Shown one piece after another: positions 1 through 9,976 of a stretch of DNA of 64,000 nucleotides (its first letter is position 1; the number at the start of each line of letters is the position of its first letter). The DNA comes from Bacteroidia bacterium (GTDB lineage: Bacteria; Bacteroidota; Bacteroidia; Palsa-965). The stretch lies in the NCBI GenBank assembly GCA_038237845.1, contig JBBRYH010000003.1:80483-144482 (forward strand), written 5' to 3'. Below the pieces are notes generated by a model. It worked only from the letters and a program-made list of their open reading frames with translations, had not been told where the DNA came from and did no database searches. The position numbers were made by a program, and so were the translations under genes.

Positions 1-20
1 GTTCTAAAGCGAATTAGCAA

Positions 21-851
21 CTAATATTCTTGAACTAATGCCATCGCTTCTTTTACGTCATGTACTCGTAAAATTTTCACTCCTTTTTGCAAAGCAATTT
101 TATGGACTTCTGTTGTTCCAGTAAGCGCTTCATCTGGTTTTTCACCATATAATTTAGTAATCATTGATTTTCTGGATAAGCCAGCCAAAACAGGAAAGCC
201 CATGCCTACAAAAACTTCAAGTTGATTAAGTAATTGATAATTATGCTCTACTGTTTTTCCGAAACCAAAACCAGGATCAAGAATTATCTGTTTTACGCCA
301 CGGGTCTTCAACTTTTCAATTTGTATTTCAAAAAATGATTTCACCTCCTCTATAACGTTTCCATACACCGGATTTTTTTGCATCATATCAGGTGTACCTT
401 GAATATGCATTAAAATATAGGGCACTTGCAGTTCTGCGACCGTTTCAAACATTTGCTCATCCATTGTTCCACCAGAAATATCATTAATAATATGCACACC
501 TGCATGTACACTTTTCCTTGCAATTTCACTTCGATAAGTATCGACTGATAAAATCGTTTTCGGAAATTTTTCTCGGAGGACTTCAATAATATCTTTCAAT
601 CTATTCCACTCCTCCTCTACAGAAACACCTTTTGAGCCCGGTCGAGTAGAAACCGCACCGATGTCGATAATTTTTGCTCCCGCCAAAATCATTTTTTCGG
701 CCTGATTAAGAGCACTTTCGACCGCAATATATCGACCTCCATCGTAAAATGAGTCGGGAGTTACATTAAGAATTCCCATAACTGCAGGCTTAGAAAGATC
801 CAGGGAAAGGGCTCTGCAAAACAGGTGTAATTGCGTATCTTGGGCCTTCAT
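21..851 (-). CDS. folP: dihydropteroate synthase
   Basis: 276-aa ORF with the pterin-binding DHPS motif GILNVTPDSFYDGG near the N-terminus, then ...DIGAVSTRPG and a C-terminal GFGFGKT. Full-length match to the DHPS fold. Confidence 0.9.
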   Translation of the reverse strand: MKAQDTQLHLFCRALSLDLSKPAVMGILNVTPDSFYDGGRYIAVESALNQAEKMILAGAKIIDIGAVSTRPGSKGVSVEEEWNRLKDIIEVLREKFPKTILSVDTYRSEIARKSVHAGVHIINDISGGTMDEQMFETVAELQVPYILMHIQGTPDMMQKNPVYGNVIEEVKSFFEIQIEKLKTRGVKQIILDPGFGFGKTVEHNYQLLNQLEVFVGMGFPVLAGLSRKSMITKLYGEKPDEALTGTTEVHKIALQKGVKILRVHDVKEAMALVQEY

Positions 852-860
852 TAGTTAATT

Positions 861-1403
861 ATGACAAACACGTCGAAACAGTACGACGCAAGTATAGCAA
901 TCTGCAGGGACATCTTCGCCAAAAAATTGCGCGATTATGGAACTTCATGGCGCATGTTCCGAATTTCATCAATAACTGATCAGGTTTTTATAAAAGCACA
1001 ACGCGTTCGCACGATTGAAGAAAATGGAAATCAGAAAATAGCAGATGATATTAAAGGAGAATATATTGGAATGGTTAATTATTCCATAATTGCCTTAATA
1101 CAGATAGAATTAAAAAATGACTCCAGAACGGAAATGCCTGTTGATGAAACGATAAAATTGTATGAGAAATACGCACAAGAGGCTAAGTTGTTGATGGAAA
1201 ATAAAAATCATGATTATGGTGAGGCATGGAGAGACATGCGCATTAGCAGTCTAACTGATCTTATTTTAGTAAAATTATTACGAATCAAACAAATTGAAGA
1301 TAACGAAGGTGCAACTGTTATTTCAGAAGGTATTGATGCCAATTACTTCGACATAATCAATTACGCTATCTTTGCTTTGATCCGTCTTTCAGAAGAAAAA
1401 TAA
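861..1403 (+). CDS. DUF1599 domain protein carrying two tandem DUF1599 repeats
   Basis: 180 aa. Two internally homologous halves: YGTSWRMFRISSITDQVFIKAQRVRTIEENG and YGEAWRDMRISSLTDLILVKLLRIKQIEDNEG. Starts 10 nt after folP on the other strand. This folP-DUF1599 arrangement is conserved in Bacteroidota. Confidence 0.7.
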   Translation: MTNTSKQYDASIAICRDIFAKKLRDYGTSWRMFRISSITDQVFIKAQRVRTIEENGNQKIADDIKGEYIGMVNYSIIALIQIELKNDSRTEMPVDETIKLYEKYAQEAKLLMENKNHDYGEAWRDMRISSLTDLILVKLLRIKQIEDNEGATVISEGIDANYFDIINYAIFALIRLSEEK

Positions 1404-1406
1404 AAT

Positions 1407-2822
1407 ATGGGATTCTTAAAAAGTCGACTTTTTCGTTTTATTGCATCCTTAGGGCTTGCAGCTTTATTTTTCTTTCTTTGTCCGCCCTGTTTCAGTAAAA
1501 TGTCTTTGGGATTTGTTTTAGGACTTCTTGTCATCATTATTAACGGCAATACATTTTTCGGTCGTTTTCGTTGGCTCACACATATTTGCCGTCTCTTGGT
1601 CGGCGGACTTTTTATTTTCTCCGGGTTTATTAAAGCAAATGATCCTGTAGGTTTCAGTATTAAATTGGAAGAATATTTTGAGGTTTTCGGCCAAGGATTT
1701 AGTTGTGATATGAAAATTGAAGGGAAGACAGATGCTACGATTCCTTGTGTAAAAGAACGTGAGCAGGCTGCACAAAAAACTTCCGAAAGTTCATTAAAGC
1801 CGATGTATGATTTCTTCGGAAAATATTCTCTTCCGTTGGCCATTATTATTTGTGGATTTGAAATGGCTTTAGGTCTGTTTCTTATTTTAGGATTGCAGGT
1901 GCGATGGACCTTATTGCTCCTTTTAGCAATGATCGTATTTTTTGCATTCCTTACCTTTTACTCGGCTTGCTGTAATAAGGTAACGAGTTGTGGATGTTTC
2001 GGAGATGCGATCAAACTCACGCCATGGGAATCCTTCTGGAAGGATTTAATTTTATTGATATTAATTTCTATCATTTTTGTTGGCGAGCAAAATGTTCAAC
2101 CCCTATTCAAAAACAGAATTGTACTAGCAGGAGTTGCAGGAATTGGCCTTTTTCTATCCTTTGCCTTCCCTGTTTACACCTATCGTCATCTTCCGATTAT
2201 TGATTTCCGTCCCTATGCAATAGGAACAAACTTGTGGGATGCTTCTCAAAGAAAAGATCCGAAAGTAACTGGTTGTAAAAATGATTCTGTTGTTTTTCAA
2301 TTCTATTATTATCATAACAATGATAGTATGGGACCTTACAAAATGTTTACGATGGAAAATCTGCCAGATAGCACTTGGAATTTCTTCTGTCGCTATGATA
2401 ATATAATTCGTAAAGGAAATTGCAATGCAACGGTTCTTGATTTTAATCTGACCGATCCAGAATCAGGAATGAACTTGAACGATTCTTTGCTGAAACGAAA
2501 AGGAATTCAGTTTATGCTAATCATGTTTGATATTGAAAAGGCAGATCGCAGTGTGATGGGGAAAGTAAATTTATTTTATGATGACTGCCAAAAAAATGGA
2601 ACACCTTTCAATGGTTTATCCAGCGCATCCTATGAACAAGCTGCAGCATTCAGAACTGAAACAGGCGCAAAATATCCGATGTTGAGTGTGGATCAAACTG
2701 CATTAAAAACTGTTATCCGTTCAAACCCCGGTTTACTCATGTTGAAAGATGGTGTTGTTACAGCAATGTGGCATGCTAATGATTTCCCCGTGTATTCAGA
2801 AGTTATACAAAAATACAAGTAG
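1407..2822 (+). CDS. DoxX-family integral membrane protein with a C-terminal extracytoplasmic domain
   Basis: 471 aa with several TM helices. DoxX-like core LVGGLFIFSGFIKANDPVGFSIKLEEYFEVFG. Starts 4 nt after the DUF1599 gene, so it appears operonic with it and with tpiA downstream. Confidence 0.6.
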   Translation: MGFLKSRLFRFIASLGLAALFFFLCPPCFSKMSLGFVLGLLVIIINGNTFFGRFRWLTHICRLLVGGLFIFSGFIKANDPVGFSIKLEEYFEVFGQGFSCDMKIEGKTDATIPCVKEREQAAQKTSESSLKPMYDFFGKYSLPLAIIICGFEMALGLFLILGLQVRWTLLLLLAMIVFFAFLTFYSACCNKVTSCGCFGDAIKLTPWESFWKDLILLILISIIFVGEQNVQPLFKNRIVLAGVAGIGLFLSFAFPVYTYRHLPIIDFRPYAIGTNLWDASQRKDPKVTGCKNDSVVFQFYYYHNNDSMGPYKMFTMENLPDSTWNFFCRYDNIIRKGNCNATVLDFNLTDPESGMNLNDSLLKRKGIQFMLIMFDIEKADRSVMGKVNLFYDDCQKNGTPFNGLSSASYEQAAAFRTETGAKYPMLSVDQTALKTVIRSNPGLLMLKDGVVTAMWHANDFPVYSEVIQKYK

Positions 2823-2834
2823 CATTAATCCTAA

Positions 2835-3917
2835 GTGATCAAATTTATTGTTAAGCGTGTCATGTATGGTTTCCTCGTTTTATTCGGGGTAGTCACTACC
2901 GTGTTCCTGCTTTTCAACGTTCTTCCAGGTGATCCTGCGCGTATGCGATTGGGTCAGCATACGGATGAAAAATCCTTAGAAATTATTCGAAAAGATTTGA
3001 ATCTGGATCTTCCGATGCACACGCAATATTTCATGTTCTTAAATGACCTTTCTTTCTTTTCAATTCATAGTGCAAAAGATAGTAGTAATCATTTTTACCT
3101 TGATACTTTAAAGTATGGCCATCCTTCAAAAATTGTCAGTATTGGCAATGGAAAATCCATCTACATTAAAGCACCGTATTTAAGAAGATCCTATATCAGT
3201 CAACGACCAGTTTGGGATATTGTTCGAAGAGCTTTCCCAGCAACTGTTGTCTTAGCCATTAGCGCAATACTTTTTGCTTCCTTATTTGGAATCATGTTTG
3301 GAATTTTCAGTTCAATTTACAAAAACTCATTTTGGGATCGCTTAATTTCTGTCATTTCTACTTTAGGAATGGCAGGCCCATCGTTTTTCTTTGCTTTGAT
3401 TATTTCATGGCTCTTTGGTTATGTATGGCATGATTGGACGGGATTAAAAAATCTTGGAAGTCTGTATTCACCTAATATTTATACAGGAGAAGACGATCTT
3501 GATTTGAAGAATTTAATTCTTCCTGCATTTACTTTAGGAATTCGTCCATTGGCACTTATCATTCAATTGACAAGAAGTTCAATGCTCGAAGTAATGTCAA
3601 TGGATTATATCCGAACTGCTCGTGCAAAAGGACTTAGTAATTTTAAAGTAATTGTAAAGCACGCCTTAAAGAATGCACTTAATCCGGTTATTACAGCTAT
3701 TTCAGGTTGGTTTGCAGGATTAATGGCTGGTGCTGCTTTTGTTGAAGCGGTATTTGATTGGAAAGGAATTGGTAACGCAGTAGTTGAAGCCCTTTTGAAT
3801 TATGACCTTCCAGTTGTTATGGGAAGTACATTGATTTTCTCTACCTGCTTTGTTGCAATTAATATTATTGTTGATATTGTTTATGCCCTGTTGGATCCAA
3901 GAGTCAGATTACAATAA
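2835..3917 (+). CDS. ABC transporter permease (Dpp/Opp-type binding-protein-dependent inner-membrane component)
   Basis: 360 aa. N-terminal MIKFIVKRVMYGFLVLFGVVTTVFLLFNVLPGDPA is typical of DppB/OppB-like permeases. Six predicted TM segments and an EAA-like loop (IRTARAKGLS). Confidence 0.7.
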   Translation: MIKFIVKRVMYGFLVLFGVVTTVFLLFNVLPGDPARMRLGQHTDEKSLEIIRKDLNLDLPMHTQYFMFLNDLSFFSIHSAKDSSNHFYLDTLKYGHPSKIVSIGNGKSIYIKAPYLRRSYISQRPVWDIVRRAFPATVVLAISAILFASLFGIMFGIFSSIYKNSFWDRLISVISTLGMAGPSFFFALIISWLFGYVWHDWTGLKNLGSLYSPNIYTGEDDLDLKNLILPAFTLGIRPLALIIQLTRSSMLEVMSMDYIRTARAKGLSNFKVIVKHALKNALNPVITAISGWFAGLMAGAAFVEAVFDWKGIGNAVVEALLNYDLPVVMGSTLIFSTCFVAINIIVDIVYALLDPRVRLQ

Positions 3918-4022
3918 ACTGATGTAGTCATTAATTACAACCATTAGTATTGTCCTTTATTAAATCGACAAAACAAAATAAGAAAAGTAAATCCTAGCTC
4001 ACAAAATTACCAGATCAAAAAA

Positions 4023-4799
4023 ATGCGCCTTAAGATAATTGCCGGCAATTGGAAAATGAATAAGAATTACGGAGAAGCTTTGATGCTAGCTACCGAAGTT
4101 GCTTATGATGCCAGTAAAGCTCACCACCAACGATTGCTAACAATTCTAGCTCCCCCTTTTCCTTTTATCTCAGCAGTCGCACGCTCCATTGAAGGTACAG
4201 ATGGAATTGCTGTTGCAGCTCAAAACTGCCATTTTGAAGAAACAGGAGCCTTTACAGGTGAAGTATCCGTCCCTATGATCATATCTGTTGGTGCGCGTTT
4301 TGTTATCATCGGACATTCAGAACGTAGAAGCATTTTCAATGAATCAAATGAACTTCTTCTAAAAAAAATAAATGCGGCAATCAGTCACGGCTTGAAACCA
4401 ATTTATTGTGTGGGAGAAACTGCTACAGATAGAAATTCAGGAAAACATTTTGAAACAATTACAAAACAATTAGAAGAAACCGTTTTTAAATTAAGTGAAT
4501 TTTCTTTTTTGGAAGTAGTCATAGCATATGAGCCAGTTTGGGCCATCGGTACCGGTGTTAACGCTACTTCAGCACAGGCCCAAGAAATGCATGCATTTAT
4601 CCGAAAAAGTATTGCAACAAAATTTAACACAAAACTTTCAGAGTCAATTTCTATCCTTTATGGAGGAAGTTGTAATCCAAAAAATGCTGCAGAATTATTT
4701 GCTTGTTCAGATGTAGATGGTGGATTAATAGGCGGTGCATCGCTGAACAAGGACGATTTTTCTGCTATTCGTAATGCCATGATCAAACATCTGGCATGA
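4023..4799 (+). CDS. tpiA: triose-phosphate isomerase
   Basis: 258 aa with TIM signature motifs AGNWKMN, IIGHSERR and AYEPVWAIGTG, plus YGGS. Confidence 0.92.
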   Translation: MRLKIIAGNWKMNKNYGEALMLATEVAYDASKAHHQRLLTILAPPFPFISAVARSIEGTDGIAVAAQNCHFEETGAFTGEVSVPMIISVGARFVIIGHSERRSIFNESNELLLKKINAAISHGLKPIYCVGETATDRNSGKHFETITKQLEETVFKLSEFSFLEVVIAYEPVWAIGTGVNATSAQAQEMHAFIRKSIATKFNTKLSESISILYGGSCNPKNAAELFACSDVDGGLIGGASLNKDDFSAIRNAMIKHLA

Positions 4800-4835
4800 G
4801 TTTGGTATGACTTACTTTATAATCACACGTTTGTT

Positions 4836-5615
4836 ATGAAAACTGCCCTATTAGTATTCGCATTTTTTGCCGGCTTTCAAGTGCTAACTGCACAAGAGAA
4901 AAACCAGGCCTGTTACAAAGACACCTCACTTGTTGATCATAACTTTTCACGCATTGATACCAACTACACCATTCGTGATCAATTCCGCACAGGTGATTGG
5001 GATCTTTTTTATGATTTCGGCCTGACAAAAAAAATGGCAGAATATCATTTTGATAAAACCGGAAATAAAATCGGTCATTGTACAGAGTGGTATGAAAATG
5101 GCAAAATCAAATCTGATTTTGACTATTCAAATTCATGGTTCAGTACATTTCCAGTTGGCACCCTATTCTTTCCTAAAGGAACCATAAAACTAGATCGCAA
5201 AGTCGCTTCTGATTCGTTAATGGAAACTACTTATTCTAAAGATGGGAAAATTACCAGAATTCGAAAATGGACCAAAGCAGGTCTGTTATGCGTAGAAATG
5301 CAATGGTGCGAAAACGGACTCTTGAGTTTAAATTATAATCCAACTTCAGCTATTCCTCTGCCTGTAAAAAAATATTACTGCAACGGCAAAATAAAATCAG
5401 AATACAATTGGTACGTCTATGGATATACCGGTTCATTCAATGAATATTACGAAAATGGTCAGCCATCGCTTAAAGGTCAATTCCAGGAATTACCAGAAGG
5501 CTCAACTGTGTTCATGGCCAGAAAAACCGGCGATTGGATTTATTATGATGCTAAAGGGAAGGTGACCAAAACAGAACATTGGAGTACAGGAAAATTATTA
5601 AAAACTGAAAAGTAA
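4836..5615 (+). CDS. secreted MORN-variant repeat protein (YwqK-like)
   Basis: 259 aa. Signal peptide MKTALLVFAFFAGFQVLTAQ. Repeated units EWYENGKIKS / YYCNGKIKSEY / YYENGQPSLKGQF are typical of the MORN-variant (YwqK) repeat family. Confidence 0.55.
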   Translation: MKTALLVFAFFAGFQVLTAQEKNQACYKDTSLVDHNFSRIDTNYTIRDQFRTGDWDLFYDFGLTKKMAEYHFDKTGNKIGHCTEWYENGKIKSDFDYSNSWFSTFPVGTLFFPKGTIKLDRKVASDSLMETTYSKDGKITRIRKWTKAGLLCVEMQWCENGLLSLNYNPTSAIPLPVKKYYCNGKIKSEYNWYVYGYTGSFNEYYENGQPSLKGQFQELPEGSTVFMARKTGDWIYYDAKGKVTKTEHWSTGKLLKTEK

Positions 5616-5631
5616 GTTTTTAAGAATTGAT

Positions 5632-7101
5632 TTATTCCAGGTTACCAATTGCAATTAGAATTTTCTCAAGACGTTTTTTCATTTCTGCTGGTGTGCAAGA
5701 ATAATTATTTGCTAAGAGCGAAAAACACAAAAGCTTACCGGATTTAGATTTAACAAAGCCTGCATATCCACGAGCACGATTGATATATCCTGTTTTCGCG
5801 TGCATGTTACCTTCAGCAAAGGTTCCTTTGCAAAGATTAGTCATAGACCCACTTTTACCTGCTACGGGAAGAGAATTCAAAAACGATGGATACCATTTCT
5901 GCAAAGCAATTTTCTGTAAAATGGAACATTGAATTAATGTTGTAATTCCATTCGAACGGGAAAGTCCACTGCCGTCGGTCATATTAAGTCCATCCAGGTT
6001 TACGCCCAAGGATTTCCAATAATTTTTTACTACTTCAATTCCATCTTCTGTTGTCCCACCTTTTCCCTTCAACATTCCTAGGGTTTTTAAAAGTTGCTCT
6101 GCATAAGTATTATCACTATGAATATTCGTTTGCTCAACAATTTGAGACAATGGAAGTGAATAAATAATTGAAAGTGTTTTGCGCTTGGTAATAATATTTT
6201 CATTTGCAACTTTCATTCTTCTTACTGTTGTTGGTTTCCCAGAAATGGAAATCTTCGGCAGACATAACTCATAAAAATCTTTCGCACATTGATAAGCAGG
6301 ATCCGGATTTGAAGCCCTTACTTCAAACTCCTTTTTACCAGCAGGAATAGTACCATGTACATAAAAGATATTACCAAATGGAGCGCCATAAACTAAAGCC
6401 TCATCTTTTTTCCCTTTTGTGGTTACATCAGATCTGTAATTTACATTATCTAAAACTGGCTTTGTCGAAGTTAAAATACAGGAATCACCTTTAGAAGAAT
6501 CAAAAAATAAACTTATTGAATTATCAGAATAGGCAAGTCCGCAAGTTCCTGCTCCGTAATATTGTCCGATATCACTCCAAGTCCATCCATCCGGAATAGG
6601 ATTTTCATCAAAACAAGAAGCGTCCCCAATAATATTACCATCAATCTTTCTAATTCCCATTGCTGTTAATCGAAAAGGCAGACTTTGAAAAAGGGAAATA
6701 CTGTCACCAGAATTCGGAAAAAGTTCGGAGTTTAATGTAGGGTCGCCTGATCCTTTCAGATAAACATTACCGGTAATTGAACCACTAACGCTATTATAAG
6801 TACCATCATATTCAATACGTGTTTCATATTTGAAATCCGGTCCTAACAAACCCAATGCAGCTCCAGTAGTTAGAATTTTTAAAGTACTTGCAGGAATTAA
6901 CGTCTGTTGCATATTATGCGAAGCAATCCACTTTCCACTATCAGCGGTCATTACTAAGAAACCCCAATTACCATGTGCGAGTACTGTATCCGCATTTAAT
7001 ACTGCAATTTCCTTTTCCAAATTAGTTGGAGAAATGCCAGAAATAAAAAATACAGTGAGGGGGACGCAAAAAAGAAAAATTCTAGCGCGAATACTTCTCA
7101 T
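5632..7101 (-). CDS. dacB: D-alanyl-D-alanine carboxypeptidase/endopeptidase (peptidase S13, PBP4-like)
   Basis: The S13 active-site region STLKILTTGAALGLLGPDFKYET (SxxK) and downstream SGN/KTG-like motifs are present. The signal peptide MRSIRARIFLFCVPLTVFFISG suggests the start at 7101. The longest ORF would begin at 7125 and overlap the upstream gene by 44 nt. Confidence 0.8.
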   Translation of the reverse strand: MRSIRARIFLFCVPLTVFFISGISPTNLEKEIAVLNADTVLAHGNWGFLVMTADSGKWIASHNMQQTLIPASTLKILTTGAALGLLGPDFKYETRIEYDGTYNSVSGSITGNVYLKGSGDPTLNSELFPNSGDSISLFQSLPFRLTAMGIRKIDGNIIGDASCFDENPIPDGWTWSDIGQYYGAGTCGLAYSDNSISLFFDSSKGDSCILTSTKPVLDNVNYRSDVTTKGKKDEALVYGAPFGNIFYVHGTIPAGKKEFEVRASNPDPAYQCAKDFYELCLPKISISGKPTTVRRMKVANENIITKRKTLSIIYSLPLSQIVEQTNIHSDNTYAEQLLKTLGMLKGKGGTTEDGIEVVKNYWKSLGVNLDGLNMTDGSGLSRSNGITTLIQCSILQKIALQKWYPSFLNSLPVAGKSGSMTNLCKGTFAEGNMHAKTGYINRARGYAGFVKSKSGKLLCFSLLANNYSCTPAEMKKRLEKILIAIGNLE

Positions 7102-7327
7102 AAATTTCATCAATAGCCTTTGCAAGTTCTCTATCCAAATTCGTCACAATATTTCCAGCATCGTGTGTACTTAGATTTATTTCAACGGTATTCCAAACAT
7201 TAGTCCATTCAGGATGATGATTCATTTTTTCACAAACAAATGCGACACTGGTCATGAAGGCAAAAGCCTCTGTAAAGTCTTTAAAAGTAAAAATGCGATT
7301 AAGATGATCCTGAGTTTCGTTCCACAT
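7082..7327 (-). CDS. pterin-4-alpha-carbinolamine dehydratase
   Basis: 81 aa. Family motif ...EKMNHHPEW.NVWNTV.I.L.THD... (PCD/DCoH fold). Its 3' end overlaps the dacB-like start by about 20 nt. Confidence 0.8.
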   Translation of the reverse strand: MWNETQDHLNRIFTFKDFTEAFAFMTSVAFVCEKMNHHPEWTNVWNTVEINLSTHDAGNIVTNLDRELAKAIDEIYEKYSR

Positions 7328-7515
7328 AATAGTTAGATAAAAATACCTGTTTCGGCAAAAACCAAAACCCAGTACAATTTACAAATAAACCCTACATCCG
7401 CACAAAGCTGTTTCTAAACCATGTTTTCTGAAAAAACATGAATATTTGGATAATTCCTTTTGTTTAACTATTATTGCCTTTTCTTAAACAGTATTAATAC
7501 CTTTTCTTGTCTGGA

Positions 7516-7584
7516 AATTCTGGAGCTATCAGTAAGGCAAAGAACGTTAAAAACATGACTTGGGTTCGATCCTTATCAGAATTA
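7516..7584 (+). other. tRNA-like remnant: perfect 7-bp acceptor-like helix plus a T-arm-like GGGTTCGATCC motif. Not a canonical cloverleaf.
   Basis: AATTCTG (7516-7522) is the exact reverse complement of CAGAATT (7577-7583). Immediately 5' of the latter lies TTGGG-TTCGATC-CTTAT, a T-stem/T-loop look-alike. I could not fold the intervening 37 nt into D and anticodon arms. Confidence 0.25.
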
Positions 7585-7642
7585 CAAGGAACATTATAAA
7601 ACCATTTGTTTAACAATATCGTATCTTCCTTAAACATATACA

Positions 7643-9145
7643 ATGTCTAAAATTGCAGTTATTGGTTCAGGATTCTCAGGATTGAGTGCCGCGGCATATC
7701 TCGCTAAAGCAGGTCACGAGGTACATGTATTCGAAAAGCATTCAACTGCTGGCGGGCGAGCACGGCAACTTATAACCGATAATGGTTATACTTTCGACAT
7801 GGGGCCAAGTTGGTACTGGATGCCTGATGTTTTCGAAAAATTCTTTGGAGATTTCGGACAAAAAGTTTCGAACCTTTATTTTCTTGAATTATTGAGCCCT
7901 GCTTTTGAGGTAGTTTTCGAAGGCCAAGAAAACATAAAAATACCCTCTTCATTTGATGAACTTGTAGATCTTTTTGAATCCATCGAAAAAGGTGCAGGTG
8001 AGCAATTGCATTTATTCATGAAGGACGCCAAGGAAAAATATGAATTTGGCATTGAGAACCTTGTTTATAAGCCCGGCATTTCCATTATGGAATACACCGA
8101 TTTAGAAGTAATAAAAGGTGCTTTACGCATGCGTTTATTTTCCTCCTTCAGTAAACATGTGCGGAACTATTTTAAAAACCCAAAGCTTATTTCCTTAATG
8201 GAATTTCCTGTTCTGTTTCTTGGCGCTATGCCAGCAGAAACTCCAGCCCTATATAGCTTAATGAATTATGCAGGATTAAAATTAGGTACTTGGTATCCTC
8301 ATGGAGGATTTGGAGCAGTTGTAGAAGCGATGGTACGTGTAGCTAAATTGGAAGGGGTAAAATTTCATTTTAATTCAAGTGTAAATGAAATTGTTATAAA
8401 TGATCTTGAAAAATCGGTGTCGGGAATAAAAGTAGATGATACGTTACATCATTTTGATGGCGCTGTTGCATCAGCAGATTACAATCATGTTGAACAAAAA
8501 CTTTTACCTGAACGTTATCGAAATTACACAGAAAAATATTGGGATAAAAAAACATTTTCACCCTCTTGCCTGATTTATTACATAGGAGTTAGTAAAATCA
8601 TTCCCTCTCTTGAGCATCATACACTGTTTTTTGATGAGGATTTGGATTTGCACGCGAGAGAAATTTACAAAGATCCGCAATGGCCCCATCGTCCCCTATT
8701 TTACGTTTGTTGTCCGTCCAAAACAGATAGTACTGTCGCTCCAGCTGGGCATGAAAACATATTTCTACTTATGCCAATTGCACCTGGTTTAAAGGATAAT
8801 GAAGAAACAAGAGCCATCTATTTTAATGAAATGATGACCCGACTCGAAAAAAAGACCGGTGAAAACATAAGGGATTTTATCGAGTACAAGAAAAGCTATT
8901 GCGTAAACGATTTTATCACAGATTATAATTCCTATAAAGGAAATGCATATGGTTTAGCGAATACTCTTGCGCAAACTGCAATTCTCAAACCAGGGATAAG
9001 AAACAACAAATTGAAAAACCTGTTTTATACAGGACAACTTACAGTTCCGGGTCCTGGTGTTCCTCCATCACTTATTTCCGGCAAAATAGCCGCAGAACAA
9101 ATTTGCTCACACTTTAAAAAACACGCGCATGAAGTCACTTTATGA
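7643..9145 (+). CDS. crtI: phytoene desaturase
   Basis: 500 aa. N-terminal FAD-binding motif IAVIGSGFSGLSAAAYLAKAGHEVHVFEKHSTAGGRA. Full-length CrtI-like amine-oxidase fold. First gene of the carotenoid operon. Confidence 0.88.
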   Translation: MSKIAVIGSGFSGLSAAAYLAKAGHEVHVFEKHSTAGGRARQLITDNGYTFDMGPSWYWMPDVFEKFFGDFGQKVSNLYFLELLSPAFEVVFEGQENIKIPSSFDELVDLFESIEKGAGEQLHLFMKDAKEKYEFGIENLVYKPGISIMEYTDLEVIKGALRMRLFSSFSKHVRNYFKNPKLISLMEFPVLFLGAMPAETPALYSLMNYAGLKLGTWYPHGGFGAVVEAMVRVAKLEGVKFHFNSSVNEIVINDLEKSVSGIKVDDTLHHFDGAVASADYNHVEQKLLPERYRNYTEKYWDKKTFSPSCLIYYIGVSKIIPSLEHHTLFFDEDLDLHAREIYKDPQWPHRPLFYVCCPSKTDSTVAPAGHENIFLLMPIAPGLKDNEETRAIYFNEMMTRLEKKTGENIRDFIEYKKSYCVNDFITDYNSYKGNAYGLANTLAQTAILKPGIRNNKLKNLFYTGQLTVPGPGVPPSLISGKIAAEQICSHFKKHAHEVTL

Positions 9146-9965
9146 CAATGTATCTGTTCAATGCAGTAAAATTACTACCCAAACTTATAGTACTAGTTTT
9201 TCGCTCGGAATAAAGTTTCTTGGTAAAAGGATGCAAAATCCAATTTATTCCATTTATGGTTTTGTCCGACTTGCTGATGAGATTGTAGATAGCTTTCATG
9301 GGTACGACAAAGCTACATTACTGAAAACATTTCAGAAGGATACATACGATGCTATTGAAAATAAAATTTCCCTAAATCCTATTCTGAATTCTTTTCAGGA
9401 AGTTGTTCATACCTACTCTATAGATATAAAATTGATAAATACTTTTTTAGAGAGTATGGAAATGGATTTACGAAAGATCACTTACAATGACGAAGGTTAC
9501 AAAAAATATATTTTTGGTTCTGCTGAGGCGGTTGGATTAATGTGTCTTTTTGTTTTTACAGAAGGCGATTTGAAACTTTATGAAAAACTAAAACCATCTG
9601 CGATGAAATTGGGAAGTGCTTTTCAAAAGGTGAATTTCTTAAGAGACTTGAAAGATGACTATGTAAGTCTTGGTAGAACCTATTTCCCTAATGTAGATAT
9701 GGGCAACTTCGGTGAAATTGAAAAGAAGGAAATTGAAATGGACATTGAAGCAGAATTTGTTGAGGCATTAGTTGGAATTCGAATGTTACATGTATCCTCG
9801 AGAGGAGGTGTTTATCTTGCCTATGTTTATTATCAATCCCTTTTCAAAAAAATAAAAGGAGTTCCTGCAAAAAAAATAATTACAGAAAGAATTCGTATTA
9901 ACAGTGGACAGAAAGTAGGTTTGATGTTGAATTCCATGTTTAAGGTACAAATGAATATAATTTAA
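9129..9965 (+). CDS. crtB: phytoene synthase
   Basis: 278 aa. Squalene/phytoene synthase motifs YGFVRLADEIVD and the second Asp-rich region (LRDLKDDY). Overlaps the crtI 3' end by 17 nt. Confidence 0.85.
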   Translation: MKSLYDNVSVQCSKITTQTYSTSFSLGIKFLGKRMQNPIYSIYGFVRLADEIVDSFHGYDKATLLKTFQKDTYDAIENKISLNPILNSFQEVVHTYSIDIKLINTFLESMEMDLRKITYNDEGYKKYIFGSAEAVGLMCLFVFTEGDLKLYEKLKPSAMKLGSAFQKVNFLRDLKDDYVSLGRTYFPNVDMGNFGEIEKKEIEMDIEAEFVEALVGIRMLHVSSRGGVYLAYVYYQSLFKKIKGVPAKKIITERIRINSGQKVGLMLNSMFKVQMNII

Positions 9966-9976
9966 TACATCTGTAT

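Noticed and set aside
1361-2203. Antisense or alternate-frame ORFs 1361..1843(-), 1518..1775(-) and 1988..2203(+) overlapping the DoxX gene
   Set aside because: They overlap a conserved membrane-protein frame. Their translations are K/R-rich low-complexity products typical of out-of-frame readings of AT-rich DNA.
7560-7642. A canonical Bacteroidota -33/-7 promoter directly upstream of crtI
   Set aside because: No TAnnTTTG match with a correctly spaced TTTG was found by eye in the 80 bp before the ATG. The promoter is left unassigned.
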